From the NCBI RefSeq assembly GCF_000008385.1, contig NC_006833.1, positions 900,001 to 932,000 on the forward strand: a DNA stretch of 32,000 nt. The letters are read 5' to 3'. The notes beneath the pieces are model-generated. The model did no database searches and had not been told where the DNA came from. It worked only from the letters and a program-made list of their open reading frames with translations. Positions 1-10,949 of this stretch are shown one piece after another; positions within the stretch are counted from its first letter, which is position 1; each line of letters starts with the position of its first letter. The position numbers were made by a program, and so were the translations under genes. This DNA is from Wolbachia endosymbiont strain TRS of Brugia malayi (GTDB taxonomy: Bacteria; Pseudomonadota; Alphaproteobacteria; Rickettsiales; Anaplasmataceae).

Positions 1-2337
<2,337 letters not shown>

Positions 2338-2451
2338 TATTCGACTATATGCAGAATATGCAGAGTTAAATATTATTGAAATTGAACTGAGATTAAATTA
2401 ATCTCTACCATAAAACTTGTCAAACATCTAAAAACTAAATTAACTTCTTAT

Positions 2452-2480
2452 ATATTAGAAACCAATAAATAATATGTCAA
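2452..2480 (-). promoter_or_regulatory. Candidate sigma70-type promoter for the 23S rRNA transcript
   Basis: Minus strand: TTGACA (2475-2480), 17-nt spacer, TAATAT (2452-2457), about 115 nt upstream of the mature 23S 5' end. Confidence 0.6.
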
Positions 2481-2683
2481 CGCTTTTTTACACAAAATAT
2501 TTACTTACGTTGGCAAGGATAATATACTGTAATCCTAAGTAGGTAAAATTTTTAACCTAAATAAGTGATAAAGCAGAATTATATACAATGAAAATTAATG
2601 AAAAAAATATTTTGTAATATAAAATGCTTTAAAAATCGATTCTGCTCAAAAATGATAATGAACATTAAGGGTATTTTTAAGGT

Positions 2684-3757
2684 ATGAAAAGCAACTTATC
2701 CTTCGTAAGTATTATTTTAAATTTTATTTATAAGTTAATCGGTATGTTTAACCTTAAGAAGGCTAAACAATTCGCTGTAAATAAATATAACGCTCTCCAT
2801 AAGGAAACAACAGCATTTCTTGAAAAACCCAAAAACCTATTAAGCACTAATATTGAAATCGGTTTATATCACTTCTATAAAGGTAACATCTCAGATGCAA
2901 AATTACGATTTTGGTTAATCGGCATGTTTTATTCCAATTTACCTATAGTTTGGTACAACATAGGGAGGTGTCATTTTGCAATGGGAAATACCAGTAAAGC
3001 TTACACCTATTTAACAAAGACACTAAAACTAGACAGTAATTACGAAGAAGCGTCTTATTACATAAAAAAAATGACAAATCCAGCACCTATTATAAAATTG
3101 CCTAAAAATATCATAAAACAATATTTTGATTACACTGGAGAACATTTTGTCGAGCATTGGTTAATCGCTAAACAATATAGAGGTCATGAACTCGTACACA
3201 CGGTAATTACAAAAATTTTTAACGATTCCACTTCTGAACTCAACGTACTTGACCTTGGTTGTGGAACTGGAATATGCGGTCATTTCTTAAAAATACACAA
3301 TACTGGGAATCACATAACAGGAATTGACATTTCAAACAGAATGCTAAATATTGCTAGAGGATGCTTTATAAAGGGTAAACCTGTTTATAATGAATTAATA
3401 CATATAGAAATGACAGAGTTCCTTAAACAAGAGAGAAATCACCTATATGATGTCATTATTTTCGCTGAAGTGCTACATTATTTGCATGATTTTAAAGCAG
3501 AACTGGAATTAGCAAAAAAATCTACGAGTAAAAAAGGTGCAATTGTATGTTTAATAAGAAGAAAGGAAGGTAAAGGTATTGACTTTGTAAATAAAGGAGA
3601 TTACTTCCGTCACTCAGAAAGTTATGTTCAACATGTTGCAAAAGAAATAAATATGCAAATAAGCTATATGAGTTATTGTAAAATATATGGAAGTCAGGTT
3701 GATGGTATCTTATTTGCATTACAGTATCCACAAAAAAAATCGAAAAGCCTAACTTAA
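2684..3757 (+). CDS. TPR-containing class I SAM-dependent methyltransferase
   Basis: 357-aa ORF; SAM motif I 'VLDLGCGTGICG'; N-terminal 'PIVWYNIGRCHFAMGNTSKAYTYLTKTLKLDSNYEEASYY' is TPR-like. Confidence 0.85.
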   Translation: MKSNLSFVSIILNFIYKLIGMFNLKKAKQFAVNKYNALHKETTAFLEKPKNLLSTNIEIGLYHFYKGNISDAKLRFWLIGMFYSNLPIVWYNIGRCHFAMGNTSKAYTYLTKTLKLDSNYEEASYYIKKMTNPAPIIKLPKNIIKQYFDYTGEHFVEHWLIAKQYRGHELVHTVITKIFNDSTSELNVLDLGCGTGICGHFLKIHNTGNHITGIDISNRMLNIARGCFIKGKPVYNELIHIEMTEFLKQERNHLYDVIIFAEVLHYLHDFKAELELAKKSTSKKGAIVCLIRRKEGKGIDFVNKGDYFRHSESYVQHVAKEINMQISYMSYCKIYGSQVDGILFALQYPQKKSKSLT

Positions 3758-3811
3758 AGCATTACTATTGCTTAAAACAGTGTCTATGTACAATAAAACA
3801 AAGAGGAATTT

Positions 3812-5596
3812 ATGAATAATATTATTATTAATCATGAAAAAAATGGCAAATTGACCGATTTTGGGAAAGCAGTTCTATCAGACAGGTACTTAATAGAAAA
3901 TGAAAGTTATCAAGATCTCTTCATACGCATTGCCAACTACTATTCTGATAACAAAGAGCATGCACAGCGTCTTTATGATTACATGAGCAATTTGTGGTTC
4001 ATGCCTTCAACACCAATACTTAGCAATGGTGGCACCAACAGAGGATTGCCTATCTCTTGCTTTCTTAATGAAACCGAAGACAGTCTGCAGGGAATAGTCG
4101 ATTTATGGAACGAAAATGTCTGGCTCGCCGCACGTGGAGGAGGAATAGGTAGTTACTGGGGAAATTTACGTTCAATTGGCGAAAGTGTAAAAGGCAGTGG
4201 TAAAACATCAGGAATCGTACCATTTATTGTGGTGCAAAATGCTCTAACACTCGCAATTAGTCAAGGGTCCTTAAGAAGAGGAAGCTCAGCAGTTTATCTT
4301 CCTGTATCCCACCCAGAAATAGAAGAGTTTCTGGATATACGCAAGCCAACAGGAGGAGATCCAAATCGCAAAGCATTAAATATACACCATGCTGTGATAG
4401 TAGATGACAGATTCATGCAAGCTGTTGAAAGCGACCTAGAATGGAATTTAATCAGCCCTTATAACAACAAAGTTATCTCAACAATCAAAGCACGTGATAT
4501 ATGGATTAAAATACTAACAGCGAGAATTGAGACTGGAGAACCTTACATTATCTTCCTCGATGCAATAAATAACAATAAGCCAGAGTCTTACAAAAGACTC
4601 AATTTAGATATCAAAATGTCAAACCTGTGCAGTGAAATTACTTTAACTACAGGCTACGACCACCTAAACAAATTGCGTACTGCTGTGTGTTGTCTATCGT
4701 CAGTAAATCTTGAATACTATAAAGAATGGAGACACAATGAACTCTTCATAGAAGATATAATGCGTTTTCTTGATAACGTACTGGAAGACTTTATAAACAA
4801 AGCACCAGACGAAATACAGCGAGCAAAGTATTCTGCAATGAGAGAGCGTAGTATTGGCCTTGGTGTGATGGGCTTTCACTCATTTTTGCAAAGTAAAATG
4901 GTTCCTTTCGAGTCAGTAACAGCACAACAGTGGAACAAAAAAATATTTAAGTATTTACGCAAGCAAGCAGATATGGTCTCTAAAAAATTAGCAGAAGAAA
5001 AGGGAGCATGCCTTGATGCTAAAGAAATCAATCTAATGGAAAGATTTACACATAAACTTGCTATCGCCCCAACTGCCTCAATTTCTATTATTGCAGGCAA
5101 TACTTCCCCTGGAATCGAACCATATGCAGCAAACGTATTTACACAAAAGACACTAACAGGTTCATTTGTAGTGCGAAATAAATTCTTGCAAAAACTATTA
5201 GCAGAAAAAAATCAAAACAATGATAAAATATGGTCTTCGATTTCGACAAATGAAGGTTCTGTGCAGCACTTAGATTTTCTTAACAAGCATGAAAAATTAA
5301 CATTTAGAACAGCATATGAACTTGATCAAAGATGGATTATAGAACACGCAAGTGATAGAACCCCATATATTTGTCAATCTCAATCAGTAAACTTGTTTTT
5401 ACCTGCTAATGTACATAAACGTTACTTGCATAAAATACACATGCTTGCTTGGAAAAAAGGTTTAAAGAGTTTATATTATTGTCGATCACAGTCAATGCAG
5501 AGAGCTGACAAGGTTTCTCATGACATATTCAAAGCAAGTGAAATGTTCCAGCAAAGAACAGATATTGATTATAGTGAATGTTTGTCATGCCAATAG
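3812..5596 (+). CDS. nrdA: Ribonucleoside-diphosphate reductase, alpha subunit
   Basis: 594-aa ORF with 'FMPSTPILSNGGT', 'NLCSEI', 'ERSIGLGVMGFHSFLQ', 'APTASISIIAGNTSPGIEP' and C-terminal CLSC cysteine pair. Confidence 0.93.
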   Translation: MNNIIINHEKNGKLTDFGKAVLSDRYLIENESYQDLFIRIANYYSDNKEHAQRLYDYMSNLWFMPSTPILSNGGTNRGLPISCFLNETEDSLQGIVDLWNENVWLAARGGGIGSYWGNLRSIGESVKGSGKTSGIVPFIVVQNALTLAISQGSLRRGSSAVYLPVSHPEIEEFLDIRKPTGGDPNRKALNIHHAVIVDDRFMQAVESDLEWNLISPYNNKVISTIKARDIWIKILTARIETGEPYIIFLDAINNNKPESYKRLNLDIKMSNLCSEITLTTGYDHLNKLRTAVCCLSSVNLEYYKEWRHNELFIEDIMRFLDNVLEDFINKAPDEIQRAKYSAMRERSIGLGVMGFHSFLQSKMVPFESVTAQQWNKKIFKYLRKQADMVSKKLAEEKGACLDAKEINLMERFTHKLAIAPTASISIIAGNTSPGIEPYAANVFTQKTLTGSFVVRNKFLQKLLAEKNQNNDKIWSSISTNEGSVQHLDFLNKHEKLTFRTAYELDQRWIIEHASDRTPYICQSQSVNLFLPANVHKRYLHKIHMLAWKKGLKSLYYCRSQSMQRADKVSHDIFKASEMFQQRTDIDYSECLSCQ

Positions 5597-6064
5597 ATGC
5601 TATATAGAGATCCTTATGAATTTCTAAAGTCTATTCCAAAAGACAAATGCATAATGTGTCTTGACATGGGAGAGAAGCAAATAGGCATAGCGTTCAGTGA
5701 TAAAACTCAGCTCATAGCTACAGCACATAGCGTATACTACAGAAAAAATATAAGCAAAGATTTAGGTTATCTAAACAGAATATTCAAAAAAAATGAAGCT
5801 GGATCAATAGTAATCGGGTTACCACTGGAAATAGATGGACAAAAAAGTGAATGGTGTAAAACCATAATCAAATTCGCAAACAAAATGATAAAAAAATACA
5901 AGGTAAGCACATATTTACAAGATGAAAGCTTGTCAACGTCTATTGCGGCTCATACACTAAAGATTAGCGGAGTATCAACCACAAAATCAAAAAGAATAGA
6001 TGATAAAATTTCCGCATGTATTATTTTACAACGGACATTAGATAAGATAAATGTAATTAAATAA
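5597..6064 (+). CDS. ruvX: Holliday junction resolvase-like / YqgF-family protein
   Basis: 155-aa ORF, ATG immediately after the nrdA stop; 'CLDMGEKQIGIAFSD', 'GSIVIGLPLEIDGQKSEW', 'YLQDESLSTSIA', 'KRIDDKISACIILQ'. Confidence 0.85.
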   Translation: MLYRDPYEFLKSIPKDKCIMCLDMGEKQIGIAFSDKTQLIATAHSVYYRKNISKDLGYLNRIFKKNEAGSIVIGLPLEIDGQKSEWCKTIIKFANKMIKKYKVSTYLQDESLSTSIAAHTLKISGVSTTKSKRIDDKISACIILQRTLDKINVIK

Positions 6065-6110
6065 TTTTTCTTGAGTTGTTGAATTTAAAATGCACAATTG
6101 AATAATAAAA

Positions 6111-6599
6111 CTACCTCACAAAATAAGAACTTTTTGTATAAACGTGGCAAATCGCTACAGCGAGAGCATCAGCAGCATGGTGGCATTTTATATTTAAATT
6201 TTTAATTATCTGTTTCACCATGAATATAACCTGATCCTTATCAGCATGGCCATTTCCGGTGATGCTTTTTTTTACATAATTTGTATCATATTCATTCATA
6301 GTTAACTCTGTTATTTCTAATACTAAAATTACAATCCCTCTCGCATATCCTAAAGTTAGTGAAGATTTTGGATTCTTATTAACAAAAATTTTTTCTATTG
6401 CAGCTTCACTTGGAGAATACAGAGAAATTACCTTCTTTAATTGTTCAAAAATTACATGCAAGCGTTCACCCATACCGAGCTTATTACCAGTTGATATAGT
6501 GCCACTGCCTAGAAATTCGATATTGCTTCTTTCATCCATATCAATAATAGCCCACCCGGTTTTACTCATTCCCGGATCGAGACCTATTATTCTTGTCAC
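6111..6599 (-). CDS. ruvC: Crossover junction endodeoxyribonuclease RuvC
   Basis: 162-aa ORF: 'IIGLDPGMSKTGWAIID', 'AAIEKIFVNKNPKSSLTLGYARG', 'HHAADALAVAICH'. Confidence 0.93.
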   Translation of the reverse strand: MTRIIGLDPGMSKTGWAIIDMDERSNIEFLGSGTISTGNKLGMGERLHVIFEQLKKVISLYSPSEAAIEKIFVNKNPKSSLTLGYARGIVILVLEITELTMNEYDTNYVKKSITGNGHADKDQVIFMVKQIIKNLNIKCHHAADALAVAICHVYTKSSYFVR

Positions 6600-7418
6600 T
6601 TAAAAAACACTTAGCCAATAAACAAACACAAACAAAAATATCCAGACTATATCTACAAAGTGCCAATACCAAGAAGCGAATTCAAAGCATAAATGATCCT
6701 GAGGTGTAAATTGATCTTTCCGCGCTCTGAACAAACATACTGACAAGAATATTATTCCTATTATAACGTGCGCACAGTGAAAACCGGTAATCATATAAAA
6801 ATTGGATGCATAGATTCCTGCTTCTTGTAAAGAGAAACTCGTTTCATGATACTCTATTGCCTGTACTATTACAAAAAACACTCCAAGTAATATAGTTATG
6901 TACAGCATTTTAATCATGCTCTTTTTATCATCTTTAAATAAAGAGTGATGTGCCCAGGTAATTGTTGTACCAGAGAGTAATAATATTAACGTATTCATGA
7001 ATGGTAGCGACCATGGATCAGGCAGTAAAATTCCCTCAGGAGGCCATTTAACTTTTTTTGTAGGAGAAAACGTTTCAAACAAAAAAACCGGATCAAGCCA
7101 GGCTTTAAAGAATGAACAAAAGAACACTATAAAAAATACAACTTCTGAAAGGATAAATAAGTACATTGCAAACTTGAGTCCATGCTTGACAATTGCAGTA
7201 TGGCACTTATCATAAATGGCTTCTTTTACTACATCTTTCCACCAATAAAACAACACTCCTGATACTGCAGAGGTTCCTAAAACTAAGCCAAATATCCCAG
7301 AAACCTGTTTATGGAGCGTGCCAACTAATCCAAGCACAAGAATAAAAATTGCAGCTGACATGGCAATTGGCCAAGGACTTGAATCCACTAAATGAAAATC
7401 ATGTTCTTTACTTTTCAT
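6600..7418 (-). CDS. coxC: Cytochrome c oxidase subunit III
   Basis: 272-aa ORF: 'HDFHLVDSSPWPIAMSAA', 'SEVVFFIVFFCSFFKAW', 'GFHCAHVIIG', 'FEFASWYWHFVDIVWIFLFVFVYW'. Confidence 0.95.
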   Translation of the reverse strand: MKSKEHDFHLVDSSPWPIAMSAAIFILVLGLVGTLHKQVSGIFGLVLGTSAVSGVLFYWWKDVVKEAIYDKCHTAIVKHGLKFAMYLFILSEVVFFIVFFCSFFKAWLDPVFLFETFSPTKKVKWPPEGILLPDPWSLPFMNTLILLLSGTTITWAHHSLFKDDKKSMIKMLYITILLGVFFVIVQAIEYHETSFSLQEAGIYASNFYMITGFHCAHVIIGIIFLSVCLFRARKDQFTPQDHLCFEFASWYWHFVDIVWIFLFVFVYWLSVF

Positions 7419-7504
7419 ACACCATCTTCAAAAACATGTATTAAGCATACAAATTAGCTTAAAATTGTCAACGTTTCTTAGAAACTTGATCGAATTTTGG
7501 AAAT

Positions 7505-7930
7505 TTATGCGCTGTCCCAAAAGTTTAATTCAAATTGTGCATTTATCCTAAATAACTCAAGTATTCTGCTTCTCTCATTTCCTCCTACCTTTTTGCAATA
7601 TTCATCAACAATATCCTCTAAAGCAGTGCATCCATATGCTATTAAATTACTGCTACAAAAACAAACCAGTCTTTTTATCTGTTATTTTTCCTGAATTCAC
7701 CTTTCATACTATCAATGACAATCTTACATACAAATATACAAGAATATAAAACTGTTATAGTTTCATAGGCATTACTACATGAGAAAGAAAATTGGTAAAT
7801 TCGAAGCATACAGAAGATTTTTCTACTCTTTATACTATATATAGCAAAACAGTGACTACACAGAAATCTGTTAGCAGCTATTGACCCCTGTGCCACCCTA
7901 GCAAGCAGGACTATGTATCATAGTTTTCTA
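7505..7930 (-). pseudogene. Decayed TenA/heme-oxygenase-fold family gene, C-terminal part (copy 2)
   Basis: Manual minus-strand translation: 'EDIVDEYCKKVGGNERSRILELFRINAQFELNFWDSA*', a TenA-like C-terminus, preceded in another frame by 'NAYETITVLYSCIFVCKIVIDSMKGEFRKNN', which resembles the central TenA segment. Interrupted by stops. 5' boundary uncertain. Confidence 0.5.
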
Positions 7931-8199
7931 TTCTTGATGCCATAACTAATACGATACGAACATAATCATCTAAAAATAATACATCCTGTTGAATACAGAA
8001 CTTAAAACTCTCTATGTTTAAAGTATTATTCATCAGCCCAACATTTTAAAAGGATGATCTATATTATATCCCTTAAGAGGTTTGACCCACAACAGCTCCT
8101 AATTATACCACTAAACATTACAGTACCAACAAGATTAAGTTAATATAGATAATCCACTCCAACATTTCCCCATCATGAGATACTAGAATAATACATCTC

Positions 8200-8849
8200 A
8201 TCCTAGAATACCAGCTAAAGTTTTAATCCATTACGAAAGAACTCCTATATATTTTTTCGTTCATCATTGCCGGATTTTTTACATAGATTGTTCATAATTT
8301 CAGTTACATCGTCAATCATATTACTCGCCACGTCAGTGTTAAAAAAATCTATCCGCTTTTGATATTTATTGCCAGTAGTGGCGTTACCTCTCACAATGTA
8401 ATGAACAACTATTTGACATATACAGAAGCATGGGTAAGATGCTGCTAAACCTTCAGCAATAAAATTATGATATGTAATGTACATGAAAAATTCAGTAAGG
8501 GCAGAGCAAGATTTTGACTTTTTGTGGTTGTCGGATAAATTACAATCTGCAAAATGTTCCTTATAATAATCTCGTGTAGCAAATGTTCCAATAGCTATAT
8601 CAGTTAACTTATCCATTATTTCAATATTGTTAGCTTCAGCTGCAATAACCAGTAAAACTCAAGTATAATCTGTTACATATAAAAAATTCTGCTGAAGATA
8701 AAATTAAAACTTTTCATAATCTAGCGTACTACTCATTAATTCAATATTAAAAGGATGTTCTCTATCTTTTCAATAAGACCAGATGATTCTCTTATAGCTA
8801 TATCGTAGAATTCTCCTTCCTGTTTTGTTATACATTTTGTGAGTTTCAT
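8200..8849 (-). pseudogene. Decayed TenA-family (thiaminase II/PqqC-like) gene (copy 1)
   Basis: Minus strand: 'MKLTKCITKQEGEFYDIAIRESSGLIEKI' then frameshift to 'REHPFNIELMSSTLDYEKF*FYLQQNFLYVTDYT*VLLVIAAEANNIEIMDKLTDIAIGTFA...FFMYITYHNFIAEGLAASYPCFCICQIV...NDERKNI*EFFRNGLKL*LVF*D'. HPF-x-LYxxxL-FYLQQ-x-Y and C-terminal FR...F[W]D match TenA; several in-frame stops. Confidence 0.7.
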
Positions 8850-8950
8850 AAATATAAAAATTGCTATTAATGTAGTATAATTATTATGAAAAGCTAATTG
8901 CGCTTTAACAATAAGTTAGCATACCAGTATTGAACTATAAATTAAAAATC

Positions 8951-10123
8951 TTAGCAATCTAAAGAAACTTTCCTATTACTTTGCACACTAAATTCTCTAG
9001 AAAGATCAAGAGATAAGTTCAAATTTTCCCAAGAAAATCCATCATCCTCTTCTGATTCTTTACCAAAGTGTCCATAACAGGCTGTACGTTTATATATAGG
9101 ACGGCTAAGTGATAAATGTTTAATAATACCCCTGGTTGATAAATCTATATTACTCTCAATAAGCTTTTTAATTCTTTCTTCATCTACCTTATTTGTACCA
9201 AATGTATCAATGTAAAACGAGGTAGGCTTTGACACACCAATTGCATAAGAGAGCTGCACAAGACAGCGCTCGGCTAAATTTGCAAAAACAATATTTTTAG
9301 CAAGGTATCTCGCCATATAAGCTGCAGATCTATCAACCTTTGTTGCATCTTTTCCAGAAAATGCTCCCCCACCATGTGGAATATAACCTCCATAAGTATC
9401 AACCATAATCTTTCGTCCGGTTAATCCACAATCACTAACCGGTCCACCGATGACAAACCTACCAGTTGGATTGACAAAGAAATTTTCCTCGGCACACATC
9501 CACCCTTTAGGTAAAGACGAAACTACGTAAGGGTAAATTATTTCTTTTACTTTTAATTGATCCAAATCTTCAGGATGCTGTATTGAAACGATAATACTTT
9601 CAGCACGTACTGGAAGATTACTCTCATACGCCAAAGTAATTTGCGACTTTGCATCCGGACCAAGTTTTGCTTCCTTAACCACACTCATGACGTTTTTCAG
9701 AATAGAGTGCGCATAAAAAATGGGTGCTGGCATAAGGCTTTTTGTTTCTATTGTTGCATAGCCATACATTATGCCCTGATCTCCAGCGCCTTGATCCACC
9801 CCTATAGCAATGTCGTTTGATTGTTCATGCAGCAACATATTTACTCCGACTTCTCCCCAGTGAAAACCATCGTGCTCGTAACCAATATCTTTTATTGTAT
9901 TCCTTACAACATTTTCAATTGTGCTATTTGCAACGTTAGGCCCAAATACTTCCCCAGCTATAATAACATTATCTTTGGTAACTAAAGTCTCTATCGCAGT
10001 TCGTGAAAAAGGGTCAGTTAAAAGGTATTCATCAAGTACTGCATCCGAAATTTGATCCGCTACTTTATCTGGATGACCAGCTGCAACCGACTCACTGGTT
10101 ATTAAATTTTTACGTAAACTCAT
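8951..10123 (-). CDS. metK: S-adenosylmethionine synthetase
   Basis: 390-aa ORF: 'TSESVAAGHPDKVADQISDAVLD', 'GAGDQGIMYGYA', 'GGGAFSGKDATKVDRSAAYMARY', 'CYGHFG'. Confidence 0.97.
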   Translation of the reverse strand: MSLRKNLITSESVAAGHPDKVADQISDAVLDEYLLTDPFSRTAIETLVTKDNVIIAGEVFGPNVANSTIENVVRNTIKDIGYEHDGFHWGEVGVNMLLHEQSNDIAIGVDQGAGDQGIMYGYATIETKSLMPAPIFYAHSILKNVMSVVKEAKLGPDAKSQITLAYESNLPVRAESIIVSIQHPEDLDQLKVKEIIYPYVVSSLPKGWMCAEENFFVNPTGRFVIGGPVSDCGLTGRKIMVDTYGGYIPHGGGAFSGKDATKVDRSAAYMARYLAKNIVFANLAERCLVQLSYAIGVSKPTSFYIDTFGTNKVDEERIKKLIESNIDLSTRGIIKHLSLSRPIYKRTACYGHFGKESEEDDGFSWENLNLSLDLSREFSVQSNRKVSLDC

Positions 10124-10183
10124 GCTTTAGATCTGCTTATATAATAAAAGTTATTATAAAAAATCTAGCTAGCAACCATCAAA

Positions 10184-10260
10184 TGGTGGGCCTGGGAAGA
10201 GTTGAACTTCCGACCTCACGCTTATCAGACGTGCGCTCTAACCACCTGAGCTACAGACCC
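10184..10260 (-). tRNA. tRNA-Ile (GAT), CCA encoded
   Basis: Reverse complement GGGTCTGTAGCTCAGGTGGTTAGAGCGCACGTCTGATAAGCGTGAGGTCGGAAGTTCAACTCTTCCCAGGCCCACCA folds as a cloverleaf (GGGTCTG/CAGGCCC acceptor) with anticodon GAT. Confidence 0.96.
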
Positions 10261-10281
10261 CTGATTTATTCAAGCTGAAGC

Positions 10282-10539
10282 TTATACATTATCTACAGGT
10301 ACAATATCAATAAAAGTCTTTTTATTTACTGACTTTCTAAACCTAATCCAGCCTTCCACTTTAGCAAAAATTGTATGATCTTTACCCATACCAACATTTT
10401 TTCCAGGATGAAACTTTGTACCCCTTTGACGGACGATTATGTTACCAGGAATAACTTTTCCGTTCTTTTTTATTCCTAACCTACAACCTGCGGAATCCCT
10501 ACCATTACAGGAGCCACCACCTGATTTTTTAGTTGCCAT
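10282..10539 (-). CDS. rpmA: 50S ribosomal protein L27
   Basis: 85-aa ORF: '[59 protein letters not shown]'. Confidence 0.96.
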   Translation of the reverse strand: MATKKSGGGSCNGRDSAGCRLGIKKNGKVIPGNIIVRQRGTKFHPGKNVGMGKDHTIFAKVEGWIRFRKSVNKKTFIDIVPVDNV

Positions 10540-10549
10540 ATCTTACCCA

Positions 10550-10852
10550 TTATTTTTGAAGATTAATTTCATTGATACGAAGAACAGTTATATACTGCCT
10601 ATGACCAGTTTTCCTACGGTAATTTTTTCTTCTCTTCTTTTTAAAAATTATAATTTTCTCTCCTCTGCATTGTTCAAGCACTTCAGCCTTAACAGTAGCA
10701 TCAGTTAAATAAGATAAACCGTTGCCTGAAAGGCAAACTGCCTTATCAATCTCTACCTCCTTTCCTTCCTCAGCTTCTAATTTTTCTACTTTTATTACAC
10801 TACCTTTTTTTACTAAATACTGCTTCCCACCTGTTTCAATCACTGCAAACAT
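10550..10852 (-). CDS. rplU: 50S ribosomal protein L21
   Basis: 100-aa ORF: '[17 protein letters not shown]', '[21 protein letters not shown]'. Confidence 0.95.
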   Translation of the reverse strand: MFAVIETGGKQYLVKKGSVIKVEKLEAEEGKEVEIDKAVCLSGNGLSYLTDATVKAEVLEQCRGEKIIIFKKKRRKNYRRKTGHRQYITVLRINEINLQK

Positions 10853-10891
10853 AACAAATATACACTTTCACTGTTAACTTTAATTGTAAAG

Positions 10892-10909
10892 GACGTCATA
10901 TATGACGTC
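10892..10909. repeat. Perfect 18-bp palindrome GACGTCATATATGACGTC
   Basis: Read directly; self-complementary over 18 nt, ending about 40 bp upstream of the rplU start codon. Confidence 0.9.
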
Positions 10910-10949
10910 AAGACAAATCCTCTCAAGCTATATCAAATACTTTCAGTAG

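Noticed and set aside
10003-10278. 91-aa plus-strand ORF ending 'GLGRVELPTSRLSDVRSNHLSYRP'
   Set aside because: Antisense to metK 5' end and to tRNA-Ile; the '...VELPTSRLS...' string is the classic antisense-tRNA false protein.
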